Assembly: GCA_030549815.1 (NCBI GenBank)
Contig: JAUQQQ010000002.1
Location: 111,232-175,231 of the forward strand
Direction of reading: 5' to 3'
Source: a bacterium
GTDB lineage: Bacteria; DRYD01
Length of the DNA stretch: 64,000 nt
Shown: piece by piece, positions 19,390-29,006 of the stretch
Position numbering within the stretch: the first letter of the stretch is position 1
How the letters are laid out: each line of letters starts with the position of its first letter
Notes under the pieces: model-generated
Databases searched by the model: none
What the model was told of the DNA's origin: nothing
Seen by the model: the letters and a program-made list of their open reading frames with translations, nothing else
Translations under genes and position numbers: made by a program

Positions 19390-20658
19390 TTATTTCTTCT
19401 CTTGATTACCTTCAGGTATAGGTACATTTTGTGGATTTTGTTGCTGCAAACTTTGTTGCTGTGGATTTTGTTGTTGGCTATATTGAGCATATGTCATGTT
19501 GAACTGTGGATTAAATTGTTGTTGTCCTTGATATGGATTATACGGTTGTTGAAAATAAGGTGGTTGTTGGAAATTTGGTTGGTAAGGTTGTTGAGGATAA
19601 GATTGCTGAGTATAAGGTTGCTGCGGATACTGTGGATACGGTTGTTGTGGATAATTTGGATAAGGTTGCTGTGGATATGAAGGGAAAGGTTGTTGTTGGT
19701 AATACGGTTGTTGATAAGGATACTGAGGGTATGGTCCAGGTCCAGGATATGGAGGTTGTTGATACATACCAAAACGTTTGAAATATTCCTCCTCAGTTAT
19801 ATACATTCCATTTAAGATATTTTGGCACTCTTGAGATTTTATCCATTCATCCAACTCTTTTACTCTATAAGGAACAAATGGATGAGTCATTTGAACCATT
19901 GCAATGTATTTATGAACAGTTTGCAAAAGATTAGTTTCATCCAATTGCCTTGCTTGCATAAGAACTTCATCAATGTTTACTTCTCCATCTGAATATTTAT
20001 GAGAATATCCTGCCAATTTAGACAAAGCTCTTAGTGCAGTATTTCTATCCTGGACAACAAGAAAACCTGCTCTATCAGCAGAGAATTCTGCCATTCTACT
20101 CCAATGTAATAAACCCAATTGCAAAGATAATGCAGCCAATTGACCAACTCCACCTAAAACAGCAGTTATTACACCTACCCCAAGGCTACCTAAAATATAA
20201 GCAATAGTCTTATTCAACATATGATCAAATTTATTGTGTCCTAATTCATGACCTATAACAAAAATTAATTCTTCTTCTGTAAGGATTTCTGTAAGGCCGC
20301 TTGTAACAACAACAAATTTTCTATCCATTCCCATTGCAAAAGCATTAGGAACCTCTGCAGTTTGAAGGAAAAATTCAGGTTCATAAGGTAAATCCAAAAT
20401 TTCTATTGCTTCTCTATAAACTTTGTAAAGCCTTGAATATTGATTAGGAGTAACTCTTAAAGCTTGCCCAGTAAAGATAACATACAGTGCTTCTTCACTA
20501 AATATCTTATTCAATATTTTAAATAACTGTGGTAGAAGTGGTATTTTCTTTAACCCCTCTGTAGCGACAGAATCAAATTTATGTTGAATAGCTTTGAGAG
20601 ATATTCCTGGAAACTTTAGTTTACCACTATCAGTCTTAGGCAAAGTAGTAGCTTGCAT
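19390..20658 (-). CDS. M48-family zinc metalloprotease (HtpX/Ste24-like) with a Q/P/Y-rich low-complexity C-terminal tail
   Basis: HELGHNKFDH (HExxH). The C-terminal ~115 aa consist of PQQPYP/YPQQPY-type repeats. Confidence 0.75.
   Translation of the reverse strand: MQATTLPKTDSGKLKFPGISLKAIQHKFDSVATEGLKKIPLLPQLFKILNKIFSEEALYVIFTGQALRVTPNQYSRLYKVYREAIEILDLPYEPEFFLQTAEVPNAFAMGMDRKFVVVTSGLTEILTEEELIFVIGHELGHNKFDHMLNKTIAYILGSLGVGVITAVLGGVGQLAALSLQLGLLHWSRMAEFSADRAGFLVVQDRNTALRALSKLAGYSHKYSDGEVNIDEVLMQARQLDETNLLQTVHKYIAMVQMTHPFVPYRVKELDEWIKSQECQNILNGMYITEEEYFKRFGMYQQPPYPGPGPYPQYPYQQPYYQQQPFPSYPQQPYPNYPQQPYPQYPQQPYTQQSYPQQPYQPNFQQPPYFQQPYNPYQGQQQFNPQFNMTYAQYSQQQNPQQQSLQQQNPQNVPIPEGNQEKK
19400..19750 (-). 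repeat. imperfect in-frame tandem repeats encoding the Q/P/Y-rich tail
   Basis: Repeated GGTTGTTG/GGATA(T/C)GG units on the plus strand generate spurious overlapping ORFs on both strands (19402-19781). Confidence 0.7.
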
Positions 20659-20664
20659 TCTGCT

Positions 20665-21909
20665 TCACCTCCTTATAAGGGATAGAACTTTATTGACTTT
20701 TTCAACAAAAACATCCAGAATAGCTTGGCTATGAGAGTAATTAATATAGTTAGGCTCAACAGGATGAGGAGCTAATACGATACCTTCACTTAGCAAAGCT
20801 TTATAAAAATCTATAAAAGAAATTATGTCCATATTACCAAGATTTTCCAAGCTTTCTATCCTATCATTAGAAAAATAAAAACAAAACATGCCATTTGTAT
20901 GGTTTATTTTTAAGTAATCATCTTTTACATTCCTAACTATAAAATCAACCTTACTTTTGATAATATTATAAAAATCGGGTATAGACTTAATTATTGATAA
21001 TACCTTGTATCCAGTAAAAACTGATATAGGATGCCCTGCAAAAACACCACTGTGCGACATATTTCCAATCGGTGCCATAACTTCCATATATTCTTTACTT
21101 GATACTATTGCTCCAATAGGGAATCCTCCACCTATAACTTTTCCTATAACCGTTATATCAGGTTTTATATTTCTCCCTAATCCTTCAAAACTTTCTCTAA
21201 AACATGTCGATACTTCATCAAATATTAATAAACATCCAAATTTTTTTGTTAATTCTCTTAATTTATTTAAAAATTTATCAGTTGCCTTTATGAGTAAATT
21301 AGAAGTTTGTATAGGTTCAACGATAACTGCAGCTATTTCCTTTCCATAATTACTAAAAAATTCTTCAATTACTTCCACATCGTTATAAGGTAAGCTAACC
21401 GTATCCTTAATTAATCTCTTTGGAATTCCGCTGGATGAAGATATTTGATTACCAAATTCATTGGATCCCGATTCAACTAATAAGTAATCTATACTACCAT
21501 GATAACCCCCGTCAAATTTAACTATTTTCGACCTTCCTGTAATAGCTTTTGCTAACCTAAGTGCGATAGTATTTGCTTCTGTTCCACTGTTAACAAACCG
21601 TAGCATTTGATGATAAGGATAAGCTTCGATTATTATTTCAGCCAACAAATATTCATATTCAGTTGATAATCCACTATATATACCCTCATTAATTTTTTCC
21701 TTTAATTCATCTATTAATTCAGGATAAGCATCACCAAGTATGATTGATCCCCATCCTGAAATAAAACTAATGTAACTTCTGCCTTCTGTATCGGTTATAT
21801 AAGGACCAACTGACTTTTTAATGTATAGAGGTTTTATATCGATCAATGGGAAAGCTCTAATTGGAGCATTAACTCCACCAACTAAATATTTTTTGGCTTT
21901 TTCATACAT
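20665..21909 (-). CDS. hemL: glutamate-1-semialdehyde 2,1-aminomutase HemL
   Basis: LVGGVNAPIRAF N-terminus and aminotransferase class III features. The start is trimmed to the MYEKAKKY Met because the longer ORF (to 21945) runs into the tRNA-Leu gene. Confidence 0.85.
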   Translation of the reverse strand: MYEKAKKYLVGGVNAPIRAFPLIDIKPLYIKKSVGPYITDTEGRSYISFISGWGSIILGDAYPELIDELKEKINEGIYSGLSTEYEYLLAEIIIEAYPYHQMLRFVNSGTEANTIALRLAKAITGRSKIVKFDGGYHGSIDYLLVESGSNEFGNQISSSSGIPKRLIKDTVSLPYNDVEVIEEFFSNYGKEIAAVIVEPIQTSNLLIKATDKFLNKLRELTKKFGCLLIFDEVSTCFRESFEGLGRNIKPDITVIGKVIGGGFPIGAIVSSKEYMEVMAPIGNMSHSGVFAGHPISVFTGYKVLSIIKSIPDFYNIIKSKVDFIVRNVKDDYLKINHTNGMFCFYFSNDRIESLENLGNMDIISFIDFYKALLSEGIVLAPHPVEPNYINYSHSQAILDVFVEKVNKVLSLIRR

Positions 21910-21915
21910 AATTAT

Positions 21916-22002
21916 TGGTGCGGGTGGTGGGACTCGAACCCACACGCCCTGACGGGCACTACCCCCTCAAGATAGCGCGTCTACCAGTTCCGCCACACCC
22001 GC
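21916..22002 (-). tRNA. tRNA-Leu (anticodon GAG), 87 nt, CCA encoded
   Basis: GCGGGTGTGGCGGAACTGGTAGACGCGCTATCTTGAGGGGGTAGTGCCCGTCAGGGCGTGTGGGTTCGAGTCCCACCACCCGCACCA. It has a 7 bp acceptor stem, a long variable arm and an anticodon loop TTGAGGG. Confidence 0.85.
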
Positions 22003-22014
22003 TTTATACCTTCC

Positions 22015-22281
22015 TTAATCGTTTATCGTTTTCACAATAAATTTTATAGCTGTCCTAACTTCCCCATTTATCTGGACTTCTGTAAAAGCAGGGATAGTAA
22101 CTAATTCATAACCCAAAGGAGCAACATATCCTCTTGCTATAGCAATTGCTTTCACTGCCTGATTTATAGCTCCAGCACCAATAGCTTGAACTTCTGCTTT
22201 ATTACCCTGTTTTATAACCGCAGCCAAAGCAGCAGCCACAGATTGAGGTTTAGATTTTGATGAAACCTTTAATACTTCCAT
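22015..22281 (-). CDS. spoVS: SpoVS-family protein
   Basis: MEVLKVSSKSKPQSVAAALAAV..IGAGAINQAVKAIAIARGYVAP is near-identical in pattern to the SpoVS family. 88 aa. Confidence 0.8.
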   Translation of the reverse strand: MEVLKVSSKSKPQSVAAALAAVIKQGNKAEVQAIGAGAINQAVKAIAIARGYVAPLGYELVTIPAFTEVQINGEVRTAIKFIVKTIND

Positions 22282-22331
22282 TTTTTATTCAACCTCCCAT
22301 AACTTTTCTCTTCTATTTATTTACACATTTA

Positions 22332-24398
22332 CTATATAGTTCCCTTCAGTATTATATTTTCCTGTAAGTTCTGTGGTACCTCTTTATAAGTATATAATTC
22401 CATACTAAAAGTTCCTCTTCCTTGTGTAATAGACCTTAAAACAGTACTGTATCCAAATATTTCTCTTAATGGTACCAATGCTAAAATTTTATTTATTACA
22501 TTATTACCCAACGATTGATATATTGATATTTCCTCTATTTCCCCATTTCTTGCATTGATATCATTTATAACATTACCCAAATATTCTTCAGGAACAATTA
22601 TTTCTAACTTCATAACGGGCTCAAGTAGGATGGGTTGAGCGTTAGATAAAGCTAATTTAGTTGCTTCAAAAGCAGCAACTTTAAAAGCTAAAGGAGTTGA
22701 AAAATCTTTATCGTATTTGCCATCAATAACTCTAACTTTAACTTTGCTACAGGGGAAACCTGCAAGAACTCCAAAAGCCAATGCTTCCACTATACCCTCT
22801 TTTACAAATGGAACGATTTTATCAGGAATTTGATCCGTATCCACAAAAACCTTTATACCTTCATCAATAGGCATTACTTCAAGTTTTACATAAGCTGTTT
22901 GCAATTTATTACCAACTTGTTTTTGGAAATCATACTCCTCTACTGCTTTTTTAGTAATACTTTCCCTAAATTCCACTTGAGGTTTGCCAGAATGTATTTT
23001 TAAATTATAATCCCTTTGTATTCTATCCTTAATAATGTCAAGATGTAATTCTCCCATCCCATAGATAATTATCTGTCCTGTTTCTTCATTTATTTTATAC
23101 TTAAAAGTTGGGTCTTCTTCAGACAATCTTTCAAGTGCTTTAAATAATTTATCTTCATCTGCCCTTGAATAAGCTTCTATAGAAGCGAATATCACCGGTT
23201 CCGGTACAAAAATAGATTCAAGGAAAAGATTTTTTTCCTCATCCAGCAATGTATCACCCGTAGCCGTTTTTTTCAAACCCAATATAGCTCCTATCTCTCC
23301 CATTTTCAATTCCTTAATTTCTTCAATATAGCTTGCGTGCAACTTTATTATCCTATTTGCTCTTTCTTTGATGTTCTTAGTTGAATTATACAAAACATCG
23401 TTTTCCTTTATACTTCCACTGTAAACTCTTACAAAAGAAACTTTACCTATAGAAGGGAAATAAGATATCTTAAAACATAAGGCTAATAATTTATCTGAAT
23501 TTTCTAAAGTATTAACATAAATTTCTTTTTCTAAACCATTTTCAATATAAAAAGCTTTTTGTAAAAATCGATCCTTAGGTGAAGGTAAATAAAGTATGGC
23601 AGCATCAAGTAATAACTGAATACCAATGTTTTTGATAGCACTTCCACACAAAACAGGACTACCAAGATTATTAAGAGTTATCCTCCTTAAAGCATTATTT
23701 ATATCATCAACAGTATACTCGGAATTAAGGTATTTTTCCATAAATTCCTCATCCAATGAAGCAATCTCTTCCAACATGTAGATTCTATCTTTTTCATATG
23801 TAGAATGATCTATATCTTCGTAAACATACTGACTCCCGTCCTCATTAACCCATCTAACTTTTTTCATATTGATCAAATCAACAACTCCAGCAAATTCATC
23901 TTCCCTACCAATAGGAACTTGGATGGGAATAGGATTTATAAGTAATTTTTCCTTAATAGAATTAACAGAGAATTCAAAATTTGCTCCCAACTTATCCATT
24001 TTATTAACAAAGAATATTATTGGAACTTTATATTTTTGAGCTTGTCTGAAAACTGTTTCAGTTTGAGGTTGAACTCCTGCAGAAGCATCAAGTATAATTA
24101 TAATTCCATCCAGAACTCTAATGGATCTTTCAACCTCTATAGTAAAATCCACATGACCTGGTGTATCGATCAAATTAAACTCATAATCTTTCCATTTAAA
24201 GAAAGTTGCAGCACTTTGTATTGTTATACCATGCTCTTTTTCTTGGACCATATAATCCATCGTTGCAGTTCCTTCATCTACACTACCTATTCTGTAAATT
24301 CTGCCAGTATAGTATAGAATTCTTTCCGTAGTAGTAGTTTTACCAGCATCTATATGAGCAACTATTCCTATATTTCTTATTTTATCCAGATTTTTCAT
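22332..24398 (-). CDS. elongation factor G-family GTPase (EF-G paralog outside the str operon)
   Basis: [32 protein letters not shown] and NKMD. 688 aa. Confidence 0.85.
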   Translation of the reverse strand: MKNLDKIRNIGIVAHIDAGKTTTTERILYYTGRIYRIGSVDEGTATMDYMVQEKEHGITIQSAATFFKWKDYEFNLIDTPGHVDFTIEVERSIRVLDGIIIILDASAGVQPQTETVFRQAQKYKVPIIFFVNKMDKLGANFEFSVNSIKEKLLINPIPIQVPIGREDEFAGVVDLINMKKVRWVNEDGSQYVYEDIDHSTYEKDRIYMLEEIASLDEEFMEKYLNSEYTVDDINNALRRITLNNLGSPVLCGSAIKNIGIQLLLDAAILYLPSPKDRFLQKAFYIENGLEKEIYVNTLENSDKLLALCFKISYFPSIGKVSFVRVYSGSIKENDVLYNSTKNIKERANRIIKLHASYIEEIKELKMGEIGAILGLKKTATGDTLLDEEKNLFLESIFVPEPVIFASIEAYSRADEDKLFKALERLSEEDPTFKYKINEETGQIIIYGMGELHLDIIKDRIQRDYNLKIHSGKPQVEFRESITKKAVEEYDFQKQVGNKLQTAYVKLEVMPIDEGIKVFVDTDQIPDKIVPFVKEGIVEALAFGVLAGFPCSKVKVRVIDGKYDKDFSTPLAFKVAAFEATKLALSNAQPILLEPVMKLEIIVPEEYLGNVINDINARNGEIEEISIYQSLGNNVINKILALVPLREIFGYSTVLRSITQGRGTFSMELYTYKEVPQNLQENIILKGTI

Positions 24399-25570
24399 TT
24401 TACATCCTCTATTATTTTTTTAGTATCCAATTTAGTATCTACTTTAGTTGTAGCTTCCTTACTTTTCTTTATCTGGTCGATATAACTTTGTATAATTTTT
24501 TTCATTTCTGGATCTTTAGTATTAAGAGCATTAGCAAAATAAATTTCTGCTATTACCTTGTTTGACTTATTCCAAAATTTTCTACCTATTTCGAGATTAA
24601 TGTATGGGTTTTGGTTTATCAAAACTTTAACCTCTGGACGGTAAACATAAATCTTAGAAATAATTATCTTATAAGCTTCAAAGGTTATTTCAGGCCTATC
24701 AATAAGGAAAAGTAGAAAATTATTCAAATCAATATGATTTAACCCCAAAGATAATGGAATTACACGATCAACAAGAATATCAAAAGGCAATATTTTTGAA
24801 TAAATCAAATAATAGGTGGTTACATCATCGATAGAGAAAGGTTGTTTATTTTTCTTCTTATAATCGATAATAAAATCTATTTTTTCCTTAGCAATTTGGT
24901 ATTTACCACTAATATAATATTGATTTGCTAATAAGTACTTTAGCTGAATATTATTTGAGTATATTTGTTCCAAATTATGTAGTATATTTTCTGCCAAGCT
25001 AAAATTTCCCATATTATTATAAATTTCAACGATGGAAGCTATAATTTGGAAAAACTCTGGGTTTGAAGGCTTAGTTATTTGTAACAATACTATCAAGTAA
25101 TGAAGAATATTATCAATTTTTTCATTTCTTTGATAAGAAGCCTCCAAAAGTTTTACTACCAAATCTCTATTTTCATACAACTGATTAGGTTTAAGAAGAT
25201 TATAAGCTTGTTTTAAATAAGTATAATATTCTTCAGGACTTTTTTCTTTATATAATTCGGCTAAAGCTTTATATATTTCAACGGATGGCCCTTCTTTCTT
25301 TAGTTTATCAAGTATATATTTTTTAGATTGATCAAATAAAATATCTTTTTGACTTTTATTATTCAAAAAGAAAACAATTGAAGAAGAAAAAAAGATAATA
25401 GTAATCAGAGACATAAAGAATACCCGCCAAAAAGAGTAATTAGATTTTCCTGTTTGAATTTCATCATTTCCGTCCTGAAGTTTATCATTTTCTGAAACAG
25501 GTAATACTTTCTTAGAAGAAGTATTCTTTTTCAGATTTTCCTTTTTTTTATACTTCTTTTTCTTATCCAC
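24395..25570 (-). CDS. hypothetical membrane-anchored TPR-like protein with Lys-rich N-terminus
   Basis: [12 protein letters not shown].. followed by one TM segment and helical-repeat composition. The stop overlaps the EF-G start by 4 nt. Confidence 0.4.
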   Translation of the reverse strand: MDKKKKYKKKENLKKNTSSKKVLPVSENDKLQDGNDEIQTGKSNYSFWRVFFMSLITIIFFSSSIVFFLNNKSQKDILFDQSKKYILDKLKKEGPSVEIYKALAELYKEKSPEEYYTYLKQAYNLLKPNQLYENRDLVVKLLEASYQRNEKIDNILHYLIVLLQITKPSNPEFFQIIASIVEIYNNMGNFSLAENILHNLEQIYSNNIQLKYLLANQYYISGKYQIAKEKIDFIIDYKKKNKQPFSIDDVTTYYLIYSKILPFDILVDRVIPLSLGLNHIDLNNFLLFLIDRPEITFEAYKIIISKIYVYRPEVKVLINQNPYINLEIGRKFWNKSNKVIAEIYFANALNTKDPEMKKIIQSYIDQIKKSKEATTKVDTKLDTKKIIEDVK

Positions 25571-25673
25571 ATTTATAAAATTTTAACAAACAACATCAAA
25601 ATCCTTGTATATTCAAAAGGGTATTTTATTTTATGGATAGAAAATATATTTTGAGGGGGTTTTGTAGAGTTTT

Positions 25674-26186
25674 ATGGAATATTATGAATCTCAAAAAATA
25701 TCTCAGGACATAGAAAAAACCATTTTTTCAATTCAAGAAAATATAAAAAACAAAAACTATAATTACATATCAAGCCAAATAGCAAATTTAAACACCCTTA
25801 TACTCAATTACTTGCTGGCATTAGATTATGAAATAAGAAACTTAGACATAAAAGACGAAAAATTAAAGAATATAAAAGAAATAATTAATCTAAATCTACA
25901 AAAGATTACAGAATACTTAAAAACAAAAGATGAAAATTTAATAATAGATGTTCAAAATAGTCTTACTCAAATATATAACACAATTTTCCAACCTCAAAAT
26001 CTGGAAACAACAAATTGGACAGACACAGAAGAACAAACCTTCTTTCAACTACTATCTCAAATATCAACTCTATCCAATAAAGTTTATCAATATTATCAAA
26101 AGAAAAATACAGGAAATATTTCTACAAAAGAAGAATTAAAGGAAATAGCGATAAATATACAAAAATTAATAGAAAAGATACCATAA
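25674..26186 (+). CDS. hypothetical protein (helical, no recognised domain)
   Basis: ORF with a GAGGGGG RBS. 170 aa. Confidence 0.35.
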   Translation: MEYYESQKISQDIEKTIFSIQENIKNKNYNYISSQIANLNTLILNYLLALDYEIRNLDIKDEKLKNIKEIINLNLQKITEYLKTKDENLIIDVQNSLTQIYNTIFQPQNLETTNWTDTEEQTFFQLLSQISTLSNKVYQYYQKKNTGNISTKEELKEIAINIQKLIEKIP

Positions 26187-26193
26187 ATAGATT

Positions 26194-27120
26194 ATGTTAA
26201 AAGCAATTCCTTTAAAAGTATTCCCACTTACAAGAGATATAAATAATAGTAACTATATTTTATTTGAATTTTTCCTCCTACTTGAAAACCTCTCTAAGTA
26301 TAAATATAGTGGATACATAGAAGTTAAAGGATCCAAAAACAGTTTTATTATAATCATAGATGAAGGATTAATAGTTAGTTATGTTGATACAACTGATACT
26401 CCTCATGAAATATCGAATTTAATATTTAAATACAGAATAGAAGAAGAAATAAAAGCTATAACATATACAATGCCAATAGGATTTAGCAATATCCTAAGAG
26501 GATTTTATTTATTTGAAAATCAAATAATGAATTACAATTTAACAAATTACAGAGATTGGGAATCATTATTATTAAAATTAGCAAAGAAAAATACAACTGG
26601 AATAATAGAAATCGAAATCCAAGGACAAACCTATTATATGCTTATTAAATCTGGAAACATATTCTTAAGAACTGATACATTAAATAACAACAACTTGATA
26701 ATATCTTCATACTACTACAATGAAGTAATATTAAAAAAAATAAAAAATGGGGCAAGATGTATTATTAATGTTACAGGAATAGATAACAAAGAATTGGAAG
26801 AAAAACTAAAAGAAAACGACATAAAACATTCATTAGTAAGAGAATTAGAAGTTAGGGAAGCAAAGTTCTTTGGCTTATCAGGAAACACAATATCTTTATC
26901 GCAAGAAATAATTGATTTCTGGGTTTCTACCCTACAAACTACAAAAATAGGAGTAAAAATAGAAGGTTTAGAAGGAAATCTCAATGCGCAAACCAAACCA
27001 GACCCCAAATTACCCCCAGATGTAATACAATTACCTTCAAATATAATACAAAGAATAAAAATAAGAGATAGAAAAATTATGAGTGGAGAAAAAATAATTG
27101 TATACCCCGAAATATTATAA
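26194..27120 (+). CDS. hypothetical protein, possibly two DUF4388-like modules
   Basis: Two internal segments (..YSGYIEVKGSKNSFIIIIDEGLIV.. and ..TTGIIEIEIQGQTYYMLIKSGNIF..) resemble the DUF4388 pattern. The assignment is weak. Confidence 0.35.
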   Translation: MLKAIPLKVFPLTRDINNSNYILFEFFLLLENLSKYKYSGYIEVKGSKNSFIIIIDEGLIVSYVDTTDTPHEISNLIFKYRIEEEIKAITYTMPIGFSNILRGFYLFENQIMNYNLTNYRDWESLLLKLAKKNTTGIIEIEIQGQTYYMLIKSGNIFLRTDTLNNNNLIISSYYYNEVILKKIKNGARCIINVTGIDNKELEEKLKENDIKHSLVRELEVREAKFFGLSGNTISLSQEIIDFWVSTLQTTKIGVKIEGLEGNLNAQTKPDPKLPPDVIQLPSNIIQRIKIRDRKIMSGEKIIVYPEIL

Positions 27121-27138
27121 GGAGAAGATGAACAAAAA

Positions 27139-28269
27139 ATGAGGTTACTTATACTTTTTATAATTCTTGTTTTAACTATTTCATTACCCAATAATCAAAA
27201 CCTTAACATCCTTCTAAATAAGTTGGAAAATTATTACACTTCAAATCAAATTAATCAGTTTAAACTAACAATGGATTTAATTAAAGAAATAGCAATAGAA
27301 AACAACCAAAATGAAAAAGTTATAGAATTTTTGAAACAAAAAATCCTAAACCAAGGATATAAAAACCCATTCATAACAGAACAATTAGCGGATACTATTT
27401 TTGATCTCGGTGATTATGAATTATCACAAAAACTATATACTGAAGCAATAAAATACATCAATCCATCATCCAAAATATCCTCATCAATTTTATCAAGACT
27501 ATTTTTCAAAATATCACAAATAAATCTATTACAAGGACAAATCCAAGACTACATAAATAATCTAAATAAATCATACTTATATGAAATAGAGCCAGAAAAT
27601 AAAATAAATCTAAAAACACAAATAATAAAAGACCAGATAACTTATTTAAAAAATGATCCTACAAAAATAATAAATGAAATAAAAGAATTAATCGAAAAAT
27701 CTAACACTCTACCTAATGAAAAAAAAGAAAAAATCTATATATCTTTGGTAGAAATATACAGTAATCTTAATATGGAAGATGAAGCAAGAAAAATTGTAGA
27801 AAACATACTTCCTCAATTCAATACATCCTCATCCATTATTACACAATATCAATTCGCAAAAGACAAAGAGAAACAAAAACAATTACTTGAAAGGTTAGTA
27901 AAAGAATACCCTAAAATAGACCCTTATTACATTGAACAATTAGCAAATTTATACTATGAAGAAAATAACATAGATAAAGCAAAAGAATTGTATATCCACG
28001 TTATAACTGCTATACCTACCAAATATCACCTACTCTATAAATTAGCCCAAATATCATTAGAACAAAAAAATCTATACGATGCAAAAAAATACATAGATTT
28101 AGCACTAAAACAAACGGGGAATCCTGAATTCTTTGAATTGGCAGGCGACATCTACCAAGGAATGGATAAAAATAAAGCAATCGAATTTTATCAAAAAGCT
28201 TACGAACTATATCAAGAAATAAAAGATAAAGCTAAAGTCAGACAAAAAATTTCTAACCTACAAAACTAA
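27139..28269 (+). CDS. secreted TPR-repeat protein
   Basis: Signal peptide MRLLILFIILVLTISLP, with TPR-like helical repeats through the C-terminus. Confidence 0.45.
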   Translation: MRLLILFIILVLTISLPNNQNLNILLNKLENYYTSNQINQFKLTMDLIKEIAIENNQNEKVIEFLKQKILNQGYKNPFITEQLADTIFDLGDYELSQKLYTEAIKYINPSSKISSSILSRLFFKISQINLLQGQIQDYINNLNKSYLYEIEPENKINLKTQIIKDQITYLKNDPTKIINEIKELIEKSNTLPNEKKEKIYISLVEIYSNLNMEDEARKIVENILPQFNTSSSIITQYQFAKDKEKQKQLLERLVKEYPKIDPYYIEQLANLYYEENNIDKAKELYIHVITAIPTKYHLLYKLAQISLEQKNLYDAKKYIDLALKQTGNPEFFELAGDIYQGMDKNKAIEFYQKAYELYQEIKDKAKVRQKISNLQN

Positions 28270-28468
28270 TTTTTATACGCGTTATTTAAAAAGTACGGAC
28301 AGAAAAAACTTTGAGTAAAGAAAACTTTCATTTTTCAAAACTATTATATATATCCAACAAAGCAATTTTATGAGCTACGGATAATTTCTATGTATTTTAA
28401 AAAGGAGGTTTTATTTCTTTGTCAAATAAAAATTATGGTTAGCTTTGCTAACTATTCTAAAATAATAG

Positions 28469-28493
28469 TTATCAAAGGCTAACTAATTGATAA
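28469..28493. promoter_or_regulatory. operator-like palindrome TTATCAA-N11-TTGATAA immediately upstream of the protoglobin RBS
   Basis: A perfect 7 bp inverted repeat ends 8 nt before AAGGAGG and the ATG at 28510. A second small hairpin, GTTAGC-TTT-GCTAAC, lies at about 28437-28452. Confidence 0.3.
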
Positions 28494-28509
28494 AAAGGAG
28501 GTGTTAAAA

Positions 28510-28974
28510 ATGCACGGATACGATTACGGAAAAGTCCCAAATGCACCTTATACAACTCAAGATATCGAATTACTTAAAAAGACACTCTTATTTACAGATG
28601 AAGATATTAAATACCTAAAATTAGCTGGCCAAGTATTAGAAGACCAAATAGATGATGTTCTTAATCTATGGTATGGATATGTAGGATCTAATCCACACTT
28701 AGTTTATTACTTTACAGATAAAAACACAGGAGAACCTATACAAAAATACTTAGAAAACGTAAGATTAAGATTTGGACAGTAGATAGTAGATCACATACCT
28801 TTACGACATCTTATCGCCTTTATATTTCCAATAACTTTTACAATAAAATCATTTCTTTCTAAGAAAGGCCATTCTCAAGAAGAAGTAGAAAAAATGTATA
28901 ATGCATGGTTTAAAGCAATTGTCCTAACCGTTGTCTTATGGAGTTATCCTTACACAAAAGAAGGAGAATGGTAG
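28510..28974 (+). pseudogene. protoglobin-like (globin-coupled-sensor-type globin) gene disrupted by in-frame internal deletion plus TAG stop
   Basis: The N-terminal segment GYDYGKV..LLFTDEDIKYLKLAGQVLEDQIDDVLNLWYGYVGSNPHLVYYFTDKNTGEPIQKYLENVRLRFGQ is followed by TAG at 28780. The same frame then continues as IPLRHLIAFIFPITFTIKSFLSKKGHSQEEVEKMYNAWFKAIVLTVVLWSYPYTKEGEW. Both blocks align to archaeal protoglobin, but about 38 residues (the predicted proximal-His region) are missing. Confidence 0.6.
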
Positions 28975-29006
28975 ATGTAGAATTATAATTGGGGGAGGTG
29001 AAAATT

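Noticed and set aside
19402-19781. Three overlapping six-frame ORFs (19402-19680 +, 19494-19772 -, 19533-19781 +)
   Set aside because: They are artefacts of the low-complexity tandem repeats encoding the M48 protease tail. The real gene is the minus-strand 19390-20658 ORF.
21916-22002. Possibility that the tRNA genes mark integrated mobile elements
   Set aside because: No integrase, recombinase, direct-repeat duplication of a tRNA 3' end or phage-like gene is visible near either tRNA.
28989-29006. ORF-track start (TTG at 28989) for the radical SAM gene
   Set aside because: That start overlaps the SD itself. TTG at 29007 has GGGGGAGG at the proper 8-nt spacing.
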